Positions 13,288 to 26,125 are shown, counted from the first letter of the whole stretch. The stretch: 61,471 nt of DNA, filler included, from Choristocarpus tenellus KU-1152 (GCA_964200185.2; 13 parts of 13 records of this genome joined end to end with filler, not necessarily neighbours in it); one strand, 5' to 3'. The notes: a model not told the origin generated them from the letters alone. Translations and numbers: made by a program.

Positions 13288-15396
13288 GATGGAGCAGAGA
13301 GGTGTTGACCTTCTGGAAATGTTTGCCTCCGGAAGGCCCTACTCTTCTGATAGACTTGCCAGGGAGAACTCAGAATCAGGAGAAGTAGCAGGGGAGACTG
13401 TCCACCAGGACCTCCGTCAATTGACAGCTCTACCGGAAGTGAGGTCATCACCACCAAGGTCAGCGGCAGATTTTGCAGCATTGATGACACACTCCACAGA
13501 GTTCATGGATCAGGCGTCGGGAAGAGGAGGGCAAGTCCCTCAGACTACTGCATCTGTTGGAAGCACCAGCAGGTTGTTAATTTATTATTATTATTATTAT
13601 GATTACTATTTTTATTTATATTGTATTATTAGTAGTAGTAGTATTGTTAATCTCAGTGCTTTCTAGTTTTATTGCAATTTTTTATTGTTTTTGTAGTTTC
13701 GTCTCAATTTTTTTCAAATCTTGGTGGGAGGGTTAGGGTTAGGGTTAGGGTTTTGGAGTCAACTATTTCGTGTGATCCTGACTTCTTCCCTGACTAATTC
13801 TTTACCTGAACAGTTTGACTCTCTGTGTTAGCGGTAGATGTACTCTAGTTAGTATGCTTGCTAATGCCACCCTTTCTCTGTTTAAATTCGCTTCATGAAT
13901 TTAAACAAAATATAAACAAAATAAGAAATAGTTTTTCCTTCTTACATATATAATATAAACAAAAATGTTGTTTTCGTCAAATCCTGACTGACTCTATCCC
14001 TCTATAACCCTAACCCCGACTTATATTTCTTTTACACACGTATATATTTATTTATTTTATTGTACAGTGGAGCCGATCGGTTCCGCTCAGTGCGCTTTGC
14101 AATGGGAATCATGCCTGCGGTTGACTCCTTCTTTGAACAAGGGGTGAGACATTGGTGTGACTCTTCTTGGGTGTGTGTGTATCTGTCTGTGTTTGTGTGT
14201 GTTTTTGTGTGTGTGTTGTGTTTTATTTGAATTTTGAATTTCGTTGCTTTATTGTTTATTTTGATTTGTTTAGCTTGCTTTTTTTGTGCTGAATATGGCT
14301 TTTTGGTATTTTCTTGAAGGATATGAATTGCCTGTATTGATTTTTTTAATTGAAAGAAATTGTTTTGTGAATCCAAGAATTGTTTTTTATTTTGGTACAC
14401 TTTATGTTTTATATTTTATATTCAATCAACGTGAGATAAAATACATATGAAATTTTATATTTTGATTCTATGAACAACCCTTGAGTTCTTTCTGCTTTGT
14501 ATTGTATTGGACTGGATGGGTGCATTGATTGTGAGGTAATTGTGTACCTATTTTTTGTTTATTACCTCAGTATTCATACAGGGAAAAAGAAAAGTAAAAA
14601 AAAATAATTCAAACCACTGTATGTTCAGGTAGAGGAAGAGAAAGGACTCCTATCTTACTACTAGTGGAAATGTGTGTTTGAATTTGTTTGAAAGGGGTCC
14701 TGCGTTATGCTTGTGTCTGCAATTGGATGGATGGATGGATGGATGTATAGGTACTAAGAAGTCTTGCTATTTTTTGTTTTTATTCATGTTCACCCTTTCT
14801 CATAAGAAACAGAAATCTTCCTCCTGTTCGTAAGACTTTCACATCCTATTTTTTTTGTTTCACAATATAAATGTATATATATTATTATTATTATTACCAA
14901 CACTCTGTGTGTTGTCGTTTCCCTGTTTTTTTGTCTTCTTAAAAAAGAGAAGAGTTACTTTCATTATTATTATTTTTTTAATGAGGACATGGTATTGAAT
15001 CTACAAACAAGTCAATCATATTTTTCCTTGTCAATCTAGTGTGTGCGTCTTGTGTGTGTGTGTGTTTTTGTTTTTTTTAAGAGAAAAAAACTAAATAAAT
15101 GGATTGTCTCCCCCCATCTCCCAATCACCATCCCCCAATGCGATTTGCCTGTTCAAGGATGGGAACACCCTTCAGCTGGTTAACAGTGATAACAGTGATA
15201 GAATGTTCCGGGAAGGGTTCAGGAACTCAATACAAGGGACACCTGCATCACCAGATGGTAGTGGTAGTGGTAGTGCCAGGCGACAAGGTCCTCTTCCCTC
15301 TGACAGGCAGCGTAGCAACATGATGACGGACTTTCCTCACATCTTCAGTTCCTTCCGTTCTGGTCGCACTGAGCAGGGAGAGGCAGGGTCAGACAG
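13288..15396 (+). CDS. Three exons (13288-13572, 14068-14143, 15158-15396) of an unknown, largely disordered Ser/Gly/Arg-rich protein; partial
   Basis: GC-rich open segments bounded by AG/GT within AT-rich introns; splice phases 2 and 0 are compatible. Confidence 0.75.
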
Positions 15397-15731
15397 GTGA
15401 AGTAAACAGGGTATTTAGAGGGGTTGGAGGGGTGGAAGGGGTAGGTAAAGGGACTGTAACTGTAGTGTAGGTAGATATTATGGGTAGATACTTTTTGATT
15501 TCATGAAAAAAAAAAAAAATGTCCCTGTTGTGTTATTATTGTTAATGATTTTTATTTTTATTTTTTTTTTTTTTTTTTTTTTTTTGTTTTTTTTTATTTT
15601 TTTTATTTTTTTGTTTTTATTTTGTTTGTTTNNNNNNNNNNNNNNNNNNNNNNNNNNNNNNNNNNNNNNNNNNNNTTAATTAATTAANNNNNNNNNNNNN
15701 NNNNNNNNNNNNNNNNNNNNNNNNNNNNNNN

Positions 15732-18278
15732 CTCCTTCCCCTGCTACCCTCACCCTGGGACACCCACTGCCCCCCCCCCATCCTGCCATGCGTACAGCAA
15801 TTGCACCACCCAAACTGTGACCAGCCACAAGTACCCTCACAGTGTCATTGTCACAATTGTCATTACTGGAACTTTCCTTCCCTGTATGGCAATAGAGGCA
15901 AGACATATTCATACAGACAGCACAGACAATGCAGTACAAGCAGATTTAGTATGCATCTCAACAGTGTGATTGTGTGAGGGGTGCATCACTCAGTAGTACC
16001 CTGGTTTTGAATAGTAGACTTTAATGTCCATGTGTGGATGTGAAGGGTACTGGTCAATGCACAATCCATACACTCTTGAAGGCAAAATAAATGTTCTTTT
16101 TTTCCAACTGGAATTTAGGACAGCAAGTATTTATGGCGCTGATGTCGAGAACTTGAAACAAAAACAGAGTTCAAACACATTAGAATGCCCCGTCAACCAG
16201 TAGGATTTCTTTTGAGACTACTCATCATGTGCAGGAAGTCTAGAAGACCTAAAACTGTATACTCGTGTGATGGATTTAAACAGTATCAATGGTATCTATT
16301 TCAGCAAGATGTATGGGTTTAGCAAGGATACTCTCACGTACAACCCACTGACTTCTGCTCCTGCAGGAATCATTAATAAGCCCAAACTTGTATACCAGAG
16401 ACATGCAGCAATTACCATTTACGCACAAATCTGCAGGTAATTGGAAGGTAATCGCACACAACCATTTTTGCAGACACACACAAATAGGAATTGGTATATT
16501 TTATCAGTTCTTGCAATCAGCTGCCACACTCAACCGTGTGCCACATCCACAGTCCAATTGTTTGAAAGGCAGAGCACTACAGAAATGCCTAGGCACCTGG
16601 GTGCATACATGTAATGAAACGCTCTATGATCCAAAAGCCTTAAGCATATTTTTGGGAAAGCCAAGCTTGTAGGATGACACGTGAGCAGCACCCTGACAAA
16701 AGATTCTTCAATAGGTTGAACAAAACCATGCCCTGCCCCTCCTCATAACCACACACATCACTCTCACCTTCCATCATGGGATCATTTCCTCCACTTAAAG
16801 ATAAGGAGGGGTCAAAATCTTTCAAGAGGCTCCCCTCTCCAGTACCAAGGAGGACAGAAAGGAATGCCAGCATGTCCTCCACGAGAGTGCCGACGGACTA
16901 GGCATTTAAAGACAAATACACAAAAAACATGGAGAGGATGTACGTAGAACAGTATATACCTAGACATTGTTACAGGAATGTGCAATTGTGTTCATGTATA
17001 TGTGTATTGCGGGGGCATTCATCCATGAGGGACACAAAACTAGGAGAGAGAACATAAGGAAGATGCACTTGAGGAGCAGGTGATGAAATTCTGTTCATGC
17101 ACTACTGGACGAGAGGCAGATGAAGGTGCACTCTTAAGGGCTTCCAAGAGTGCACAAGGTCTACTTTTTGTTTGGAGTCGCAAAAAAACATGGCCGTCCC
17201 AGAATACTTATCTTCAAACTACATTAATTATTCCTTTGCTTTGTACTGTACAAGTATGTCCATGATGAACATAATGTACAAAATAGAAAAGATGGTCACA
17301 ATGTTTGATGACAAAAACAACCTCAACTAGTACTGATAGCATTCCATGCCAAGTTAAGAGAGTAACATCGACCCATGCTGGTCATCCAGATGCCAACCTA
17401 TTCCCTGCCATACCAGGAGTGGCAAGCTCATCTGTCACAAAGTCAATCGACCTAACATACAAATATGGTCATTCCCGTCATAGTCTAGACCACTCCGTCA
17501 ATCCTTTCAAATACTGTGAAACTCGAGGAATATACCAGATCTCCATCGTCCGATGTTCTCGTGAGTCCATGTCCCCTCATATCGGGAGCCACCACGCAAC
17601 ATTTACCCTAGTCAGGGCAGATGCACAACGTGATCGATGTAACAATTGGAAGAAAGGAAGGTGGTTTGGTGCACACCAATGCGAGGTCGTGTAACATCCA
17701 CGGTTAGGCAATAGGAGGCTCGGCTGGGGACAATCATGTTTCGATGGGAGAGTAGGTGATACCATTCTCAACCGTTGCATCGCACAAGACGTCAATACTC
17801 GTTCAGAGGAGAGGTGCATGGCATGGTTGGGCAATATCGCGATCGCTTGCTTTCTCCTTCATTGAAAACCATAACATGTCAGCTTTAAAGTCACCTCCGG
17901 ACCTTTAGGTGGGCCGTCACCAGAGCCCATGACATCCCAGTGAATCCGGCTCCGTGCAGAAACAAGGCTAAGCCATGGCTGCGTACCAACTTCTTGTCCG
18001 AGATGTAGGTATGGAATGTCGCGTTCCTCGCCTCAACTGCATGAGGAAAATAAAAAACCAACGACGTAGCAAGTGTCTCACAAGCAGTTTCATAAGAGAT
18101 AATGAAGAAGCCAATCCACTCGGGAACCATATGGTCTACCCCAGCGCGAAGACTAAGAGGAGTCATCGCTCTCACCCTTCACGTCAACACCTTCATCAAA
18201 GCCTCCAAGCTCTCCCAGATCAAACTGGGCTCTATGCCCATGCTGCCAGACCGCTGGTGGAGGAGGGAGATGGTACAT
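15732..18278 (-). CDS. PPME1: Protein phosphatase methylesterase 1-like alpha/beta hydrolase; exons 18278-18176, 18036-17903, 17607-17536, 16897-16768, 15881-~15732; partial
   Basis: Spliced reading: GFDEGVDVKVEARNATFHTY...LFLHGAGFTGMSWALV...VVAPDMRGHGLT..DL|SVGTLVEDML...VLVAGHSLGGAIAVRMA (GxSxG nucleophile elbow). All junctions are GT-AG with consistent phases. Confidence 0.85.
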
Positions 18279-18842
18279 TGTTGCACCAACTTCACTCCCT
18301 ACCCTAGATTACTACCCCGATCAGTCACAAAGTATGGATTGACCTTCGTGATTGTCATAACCACTTCGTACACCCCAATATACTTGAAGCAAAAACCAAA
18401 AAATGAAATGCGCGAACCGCGCGACGTGAGATATTGTTCTTGTTATTGTGCCTGTTGAAATATATGTTCCTACTACAGAGTTGTCAATGTACATGAACTG
18501 GTTGTTTCCCAGGGGATGGGGGGGGTGAAGAACAGATTCTCTCGTTTATTGTAAGCAAGGATCAGGTTTCTTCCGTAATATAGGGTTGTATGGTTGAGGC
18601 GGAATGTGATTCGAGAAGGTACACCTCTACCTTAATATCTGGCATAAACCACCAACAGTGATGCATGTGTAGAAGGAACTTGGAACGAACTGGACCATGG
18701 TGACAAAGATTCATTGCAAACTCAGATGACAGTTCAATTAACACTTAGTTACAGTGTACCTGTACACGTGTACCTTTCTAACTTCTGATAAACCACCAAC
18801 AGGGGTGTGTCGAAGGTACTGGAACATTGTGGCAAAGATTCG

Positions 18843-18922
18843 GGGTCAAAGTATCTGGGGGGGGGGGGGGTCCAGACAAGGGTGTCCATTCGGACCCTGA
18901 TCAGGAAAAGTGCACTTGCATT
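18843..18922 (-). mobile_element. MITE family B end at contig break (further ends at 21841-21920, 25956-25971, 34933-34965, 42634-42651, 42752-42777, 61445-61471)
   Basis: 'gggtcaaagtatctggggggg' TIR followed by family B internal sequence. Confidence 0.8.
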
Positions 18923-19022
18923 NNNNNNNNNNNNNNNNNNNNNNNNNNNNNNNNNNNNNNNNNNNNTTAATTAATTAANNNNNNNNNNNNNNNNNNNNNN
19001 NNNNNNNNNNNNNNNNNNNNNN

Positions 19023-19315
19023 CCGCACTGCAAGCACAACCCTGGTATTCAGGGACACTTGGGCACCCTTCCTACGCTGGGGGTCGATGAGGGGGTTGCC
19101 ATCCCAACATTCTGACCCTTGACATACCCAGTTCTGCCTACTTTGACGACTTGAAGCACCTTGAGTTTGTACTTGATGATCCTCGATCCCCACCTTTTCT
19201 GAAAGCTGAGATTGTCAATCCGATTACATTCTGTGTGGTTATCGTCCAATTCGGCGCCGTTCTCGCTCGGTGAGCCCAGATGTTTTGCGGCACAAACTTA
19301 TGGCACAGAGGTAAG
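19023..19315 (-). mobile_element. 5' end of a second copy of the mariner element, in inverted orientation, truncated by contig start
   Basis: Near-identical reverse complement of 19537-19852 (a ~24-bp indel and a few substitutions). Confidence 0.9.
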
Positions 19316-19536
19316 TAATTTTGACAATTTTCTGACAACATTGACTGACACCTCCGTTATCTTGGTGCACCATAGAACTCTTAGTAGTGACCTTTCTCTA
19401 CCTATCTTTTGTCTATTAACCATGGGCAAGTGTGAGTGTAGCAGCCCAAATGACTCTGATTCCTCATACGAGAGGTGGAGTCGAAAGTCGAACAAGAAAG
19501 GGAAGGTGGGTAGAAATATCAACATGTATCTTTGTA

Positions 19537-21497
19537 CTACTTCTGTGCCATAAGTTTGTGCCGCAAAACATCTGGGCTCACCAAGCGAGAATGGCGCCGA
19601 ATTGGACGATAACCACACAGAATGTAATCGGGTTGACAATCTCAGCTTTCAGAAAAGGTGGGGATCGAGGATCATCAGGTACAAACTCAAGGTGCTTCAA
19701 GTCGTCAAAGTAGGGGTATTTGGGGTGAGTTTGAGGACAGAACTGGGTATGTCAAGGGTCAGAATGTTGGGATGGCAACCCCCCCATCGACCCCCAGCGT
19801 AGGAAGGGTGCCCAAGTGTCCCTGAATACCAGGGTTGTGCTTGCAGTGCGGCACGCCCTCGCAATGGTCCTTGGTGAGCATAAACTCCAAACTCCTGCGA
19901 CACATTGGGCCGGCCCTCGCAGCGGAGTTTGGAGTGTCCGAGCGTTATGTGTGAGGGCTCTGGGAGGACATTGCTGATCAGCTCGCCTGTGGCCACACGC
20001 TTGACCTAGGGGTGGCGGCACGTAGTGGGCAGCCTTCAGAGCTCACACCGACCAAGATGGCCGCAATACGTGGTATCAACTCCGATGATTGGTCATCCGC
20101 AGTGCGTCAGGTGACAATGAAGATGGCCACCAAGGGGCTGGAAAATAGCACGAGCACCATAAACAGGTGGTTGGATGATATGGGGGCCATGCCAAATTGA
20201 CGCTGAATGAAACGCAAGCTTAAATAATGGCAAAAGGTATGGAGAATGGACTTTGTTTGCGATCAAGTGGGCCGGAAATGTGGTGTGTATGTCTCCATGG
20301 TGAACACGATCCATGTGGATGAAACCTGGTTTTACGTGATGGCTGATGAGGAAAGGGTTAGGGTATTCCCGCATGAGAGTGGAAGTATCTTGGAGGGTAC
20401 GAGTTTTTCCCTGTTTGTCCTTTTGGGCCTTGGTTTCCCACGTTTTTTTTTTTGGCATCTTCCTACTTCGAATGTTTCGGAGTAGAAAGATGTATACGTT
20501 AGGAAAAGGTGTGTCCAGAACAAGGATATCGACACTTGCTAACAGACACGATAGCCAAAATTATATCAAAATCGCAACATTTGATTTTGGCTCCCAAATG
20601 GAAGCGGCTCTACCCTCTAAGATAGTTCGGGTCATGAGGATGATGGCGACTTTCCAGGATCCCCCACTGTGCAGCACAAGAGTCATATCCCCAAGACCAT
20701 GATCATTGCAGCCAATGCCCACCCAGATTCGACTCACAGCTTTGATGGAAAGCTTGGTTTTGGCGTGTGTGTCCGCCAAAAACGGCAGGCAGGACAAGCA
20801 AGAACCATGAAAAGGGGGATGTGTATGAGCAGGACCGTACTTTAGACCTCTTGTGATACAGGAAGTGGTACACAGAGGAGTTACTGCCTGCAATCAAGAC
20901 CAGGATGCCTTGGTTGCAGGGGAAGCACGTTGTCGTTCAGAAAGACGGTGCCACCCCCACACGGGCAAGGGCAACTCAGAAATCTTGTCAGGGGCTGGGA
21001 AGACTGAGGGGTGATCGATCAGGCTTGTGACACATCCATCTAACTCCCCCAATCTCAATATCATCGGCCTGTGCTTCTTCAGGTCTTTGAAATACCAGGT
21101 GATGGGGGAGTAGTTTGGGTCCGTTGAGGAGATGGTGAAGGTCATTAAGAAACAGTATGAGGAATATGATGAAACCAGACTTGAGAGGGCTTGGCAGCTC
21201 CTTTTTGTGGTGCACAATAAAGTACTTAGATATAAATGGGGGAATGACTTCAGAGTGGAGCATACAGGGGTAAGGAAGAGGCAGTTGTCTGGAGAGCTTA
21301 ATAAACATGCCGAAGGTAGATATGGAGGCTTTTTCTGTGGCTGATCAAATTGTGGTGGATGGGGAGTAATAGCAATAAAAAGAGCTGAACCTAACCAGAA
21401 ATTCGTCAAGGATTCCAAATCTTCTCTCAGAAATTAATCTTATCAACATCTTGAAAATTTGCGGTCAACGTGGCACAGACTTATGGTACGGAGGTAG
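19537..21497 (+). mobile_element. Full-length decayed Tc1/mariner element of the DD39D (plant-mariner/Stowaway-like) type, TA TSD
   Basis: TA-ctacttctgtgccataagtttgtgcc ... ggcacagacttatggtacggaggtag-TA. Transposase motifs IHVDETWFY, HKSHIPK, FDGKLG, VVQKDGATP and PSNSPNLNIIGLCFFRSLK (third Asp mutated; ~40-residue spacing). Frameshifts and a MITE insertion. Confidence 0.92.
20377..20633 (-). mobile_element. MITE family A inserted into the mariner transposase, 4-bp TSD atga
   Basis: atga|gagtggaagtatcttggagggta...taccctctaagatagttcgggtc|atga. Removal restores the reading VFPHE-DDGDFPGSP. Confidence 0.93.
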
Positions 21498-22020
21498 TAT
21501 GTATACCTTTACCAGTCTGGATGTACCACACTCCCCTACAGCAATCAAGTCTTAGTGGGTTTTCAAGGGGATTGTTGCTGAGCCTAGATGAAGTAGCCTA
21601 AGGCTTTGGCCAGGAGTACGGTATTGACTACTGTGTAACCTCAGCGTATGTAACCTGTTAACATTGTTGCGACGAGGGGTGAATTGAGATGGTGTGTAGT
21701 ATGTATACATGCACAAATTGTTGTACCCACCGATTTGGAGGGAATTCTACTTCAGAATAATTGGAATAAATGCGAATTGGAGATGCTCTTTCAGGGAGGG
21801 AGCCCACAAAGTAACATGATACATCATTCCATTGGACTGAGGCTCAAAGTATGTGGCAGGGGGTGGTGGCCGTCCATTTGGGTCCCATTCTTCCATTTGG
21901 GTCAATGTATCTTGGGGGGGNNNNNNNNNNNNNNNNNNNNNNNNNNNNNNNNNNNNNNNNNNNNTTAATTAATTAANNNNNNNNNNNNNNNNNNNNNNNN
22001 NNNNNNNNNNNNNNNNNNNN

Positions 22021-22455
22021 GCGTGGGATGGAGAGTAGGCGGAATGGTGAGATGGCCAAAGGGGTGGAGGACGACTGTGAGCGGATGGATTCCAGCACAG
22101 CTCTGGTTCCCACACTCCCCTCCATAGTGGCGTAGTAGTGTTCGGGGCTGGCAGGGGTACGACAGGTGGGGCACGGGATGGGATGTAGGGGTCTGGCGCG
22201 GAGGTATAGAGCCGAGGCACAGCCCAGATCCAGTGAGTGTGTGCAGGAGAAAGGGAGTACTGGCGGTTGAATCTCGGAGAAACAGATCGCACAGTGTTCC
22301 GGTGTAAGCTGACGTGGTTGTTGGGATGGGCGTGGGTTGGGTTCCCTGGTGGGGGAGACTGGCCTTCGAAGCCCCGTAATATCTCTTATCACCTCCTCTC
22401 CTGCCTCCTCCTCCTCGTAGCCGTGTAGGGGCGGGTCCCTTCTCCCTGCTACCAT
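22021..22455 (-). CDS. Intronless ORF fragment with a RING-finger variant (possible E3 ligase or TE-borne domain)
   Basis: CAIC-x12-CTH-x2-D-x2-C-x15-CPTCR in ORF 21973-22455; runs off the contig end. Confidence 0.65.
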
Positions 22456-23079
22456 TGTCGTGTGCCTCTACCACTTCTCTGACCGCATCCCTTCCGTCCG
22501 GGCTACGCCATCCTGCAGAGACGAAACATGTCTACCTATTCCCGAAGAGGAGTGGTGTGCTCTGCTTATGTTCCTCCCTTGCCCGTGCCTATCTCGTGAG
22601 CCGCCATTCCCATCCTCGATCTCCTCCACCTCGTCCCCATGTGGACCCATTCCGTTCTCTGTCCATCCTTCTCCATTCTGCGAAATCGAGACCTGGGTAT
22701 CTATTCCTAGAGCTGGGTTAATCCCTCCACTTATATTCGTTCCTTGCCCCTGCCTGTGCGTGCACCGTTGTCGCCTTCCTCCATCACCTCCACAACCCCA
22801 TCCCCTCCTTCATGTATAGCTGATTCCTATTCTATCGTACCAGTCAACGCCTGAAAACAGAATGTTTCCGTAGGTTCTTAAAGACTTTTCAGTAAAAAAT
22901 CTACATACTTATCAACCGTTTCAATAATGTAAAACCATACTGACCAGAATGAAGAGTGATTACTACATGTCATTCAGAGAACAGAAGTGGTAAGTCTTCT
23001 TCTCCAAAACCTGTGATCGTCAGACCAGTCAGGATTTCTGAAGTGAATATCTAAAACGATTCCCTTCTGACATTGGTTG

Positions 23080-24072
23080 TGGGTATGATATATCACTACT
23101 CTGTTCAACAGGTCTTACGTGATCGACGCCATATTTCCCCCAAATTGAAGCTTCAACAGATCCTGAAGCCATTCAGGAGGCACAGTGTTTGTTCTCGCAC
23201 ACTCGTTCACGTGGTGCGCAATGAACGCTGGAACAGCATCTCCGAACTGAGCCTGTGAAATGGCCACATCAAAAGTAGTGAAACTTGGAGGCGGGACAGG
23301 ATCGTCCTGAAAAAGGACCTGACAAGTGTCACAGTCGCCCAAGCTGACACAATGCTCAAAGGTCGATGACACGGTTCCTCCATGACCACGACGATCTGTT
23401 GGGAAAGAAGGGGAGGCACCTCTTCTACGATCGGCATCACTTGTATTGTTAAACCACGAGGACGAGTAACTGGATAAATAGAAATAATGGTGTGTTGAGG
23501 TTTCCAGGTCCTCTACTGACTCGTGCTGACAAACCTGATCTTTTGCGTCTCATGATCCCTCCAGTTGTTAAGCCAAGCGCTCTTGTTCACAATACTTTCT
23601 TCTTGATCTTGCGTTCAGAATCTTCAGTCAGCGGCCAAACAAAAACTACCGTCACCCTATTTCTGAGCTCACTGGTGTCGCCAATATGAATCATGTGATT
23701 CTGTGGCGGCGTGGTTCACTCAGGTAAGAGTGGCGAAGAGAATCACCTCGCAAGATGGACCAGACGGACCAAGATGAACCGTAACACAGAGGACAAGGTT
23801 AATGTTGGACAAGTGCAAGACTGCAAGGACCTGCAGAAAAACTGTGGAGTGATGAGAATCTTACGAGAGGGGGATCATCACAAAAGTCAAGACATGCCAA
23901 CAAAGAGAATCTGTGATGTGTGACATCTCCACTGAAAGAGATATCCACACCTCAAATATTCGTAAGACCCTCCACTGAAATCGGGGATTCCTGACAAGGA
24001 AACCTCAAACGGTATAGCGTTATATGGCATACGGCAATAATAGTGTAACAACAGACAAACATGCTTTCCACA
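23080..24072 (-). mobile_element. Second truncated copy of the LTR retrotransposon: LTR 24072-23685, PBS 23683-23669, decayed gag-like region
   Basis: Colinear similarity to 9950-11283; TGTGGAAAGCA start; PBS TGGCGACACCAGTG. Confidence 0.75.
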
Positions 24073-24132
24073 CATGTGATTATATTAAGTTTTTATCTTT
24101 AGGATAACAACAAATAGTTTTACAAACAAGTT

Positions 24133-24384
24133 GAGCCAAAGTGTCTTAGAGGGTAGAGCAGCGTCCATTTGGGGGCCAATGTTGCGATTTTGATGTAATT
24201 TTGGCCGTCGTGTTTGTTAGGAAGTGTCGGTATCCTTGTTCTGGACACACCTTTTCATAACGTATACGTATGACCTACTCCGAAACATTTTGGAGTGGGA
24301 AAATATCATATAAAACCCCATGGGAAGCCAACCCCCAAATGGACAAACAGGGCAAAACTCGTACCCTCTAAGATACTTTCAGTC
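24133..24384 (+). mobile_element. MITE family A, 4-bp TSD agtt
   Basis: agtt|gagccaaagtgtcttagagggta...taccctctaagatactttcagtc|agtt. Confidence 0.93.
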
Positions 24385-24449
24385 AGTTGAGCTAATTTAC
24401 TTTTACTTATTTTATCTTTGAAGTCTTCTATGGCTACAAATGCACTTCC

Positions 24450-24790
24450 GGGGAAATCTGAGAGGGTAACCTCAACGCCAACGACCTGGGAATATCTCAT
24501 TCCACCTGGCAACTAAAGGAAGACGTGGGAGTGACCAACACAAAAGAGCTGTGGAGGGCAGAATGCAGACATTCGATGTGTTCCCCTGGGAGGCACTAGA
24601 GTATGTCTGTCAGAGCCTCTTCACAGTCTACGGTGAAGTGCTGGAGTTCAAGGGTGACAATATCTTCAAATTCCACATCTTAGAAAGAAGAAGGCCGAGA
24701 AAGCAGACAAGCTCCCCTCAAATGCCCTAATGGATGCGGTGAAGTACCATGCTGAAATGGAGTTTTGGAGGGCTTCAGGGGTGGAATCAT
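24450..24790 (+). pseudogene. C-terminal remnant of another DD39D-type mariner transposase
   Basis: Frameshifted 'LNANDLG...FDVFPWEALEYVCQSLFTVYGEVLEFKGDNIF.IPHLRKKKAEKADKLP', parallel to the C-terminus at 21050-21300. Confidence 0.65.
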
Positions 24791-24923
24791 AGATAGGTGT
24801 AGGCTGCCCGATTTTGGTTGAGATGTTGGTAGGCAACCTTTTCATATTTGCACAATACACCCATAAAATATTCTTTCGTAAAAAGTTTTACTTCTTGATC
24901 GAGGTTGCAAAAGTCATGTTACT

Positions 24924-25442
24924 GAGTCAAAGCAATTAGGAGGGTAGGGCCGCGTCCATTTGGGATCCAAAATCCAATGTTGCGATTTTGATGAAATTTT
25001 GGCAATCGTGTTGTCAGCAAGTGAGTCAAAGTATCTTAGAGGGTAGAGCCGGGTCCATTTGGGGGCCAAAATCCAATGTTGTAATTTTGATGTTTATTAT
25101 GACTATCATGTTTGTTAGGAGATGTCAATATCCTTGTTCTGGACAAACCGTTTCATAACGTACACCTTTTACCTACTCCGAAACAATTTGGAGTAGGTAA
25201 ATGTCATTAAAAGTCTGTAGGAAACCAAGCCCCAAATGGACAAACAGGGAACAACTCGTATCATCTAAGGTACTTTCACTCAGTGTCATATCCTTGGTCC
25301 GGACACACCTTTCATATTCATATACATTTTATGTAACTTTGTTTACACAGAAAGCCGAAAAAGGGCATAAAAAAAACGTGGAAAGTCAAGCCCCGAATGG
25401 ACAAACAGGGAAAAACTCCTACCCTCTTAGATGCTTTGAGTC
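24924..25442 (+). mobile_element. Nested MITE family A: an older copy (24924-25022 + 25282-25442) interrupted by a younger copy (25023-25281)
   Basis: Two left TIRs and two right TIRs; the outer halves rejoin to the family consensus 'aagtgtca'. Inner TSD agt. Confidence 0.9.
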
Positions 25443-26093
25443 TACACATCTAATTCCGAAGAGAGGAAGAATGACACCTGATAGAGCACTTGAAGGCCAA
25501 AGACTCATGGTCTCTGTCAACAATGTTGAGCACGGTCAAACTGAGTGGTCTGCCCACCTTCACAAGCACTGTTATCATCCTGATCAAAACTACTGGGTCT
25601 TGGAGAAAATATGCCTGCATTATCAGCATAGAGCATACCGCACAGAAGCCCCACAAGTTGTATCCCACTCCCTGATTCTCTTCCTCCTTTGCTCTGGTTA
25701 TTTGTGGTCGCTCTCTCGATGACAACAAGATATTTGAAGATGGTCGAGTCAGAGGTTAACTCTTTCACTGTGCACTTAACAGTGCAGCGAAGACGTTAAA
25801 GGGGAAGGGAGTAAGAACACACCCATGCCGAAAGTCCTGTCCAACCTCAAACGAGACTGTGCACTTGCCATCATCCACGCAAACAGATCCCCTCTTGCCA
25901 TGATGGAATCGGCGCGTGATAGAATCATACTATCTATCGGCTCTGGACCGATCCTGGGTCAAAGTATCTGGNNNNNNNNNNNNNNNNNNNNNNNNNNNNN
26001 NNNNNNNNNNNNNNNTTAATTAATTAANNNNNNNNNNNNNNNNNNNNNNNNNNNNNNNNNNNNNNNNNNNNAAAGTAAAGGACAAAAAACGGG

Positions 26094-26125
<32 letters not shown>

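Noticed and set aside
25443-25955. Copia RT/RNase H remnant
   Set aside because: Resemblance too faint; no diagnostic motif.
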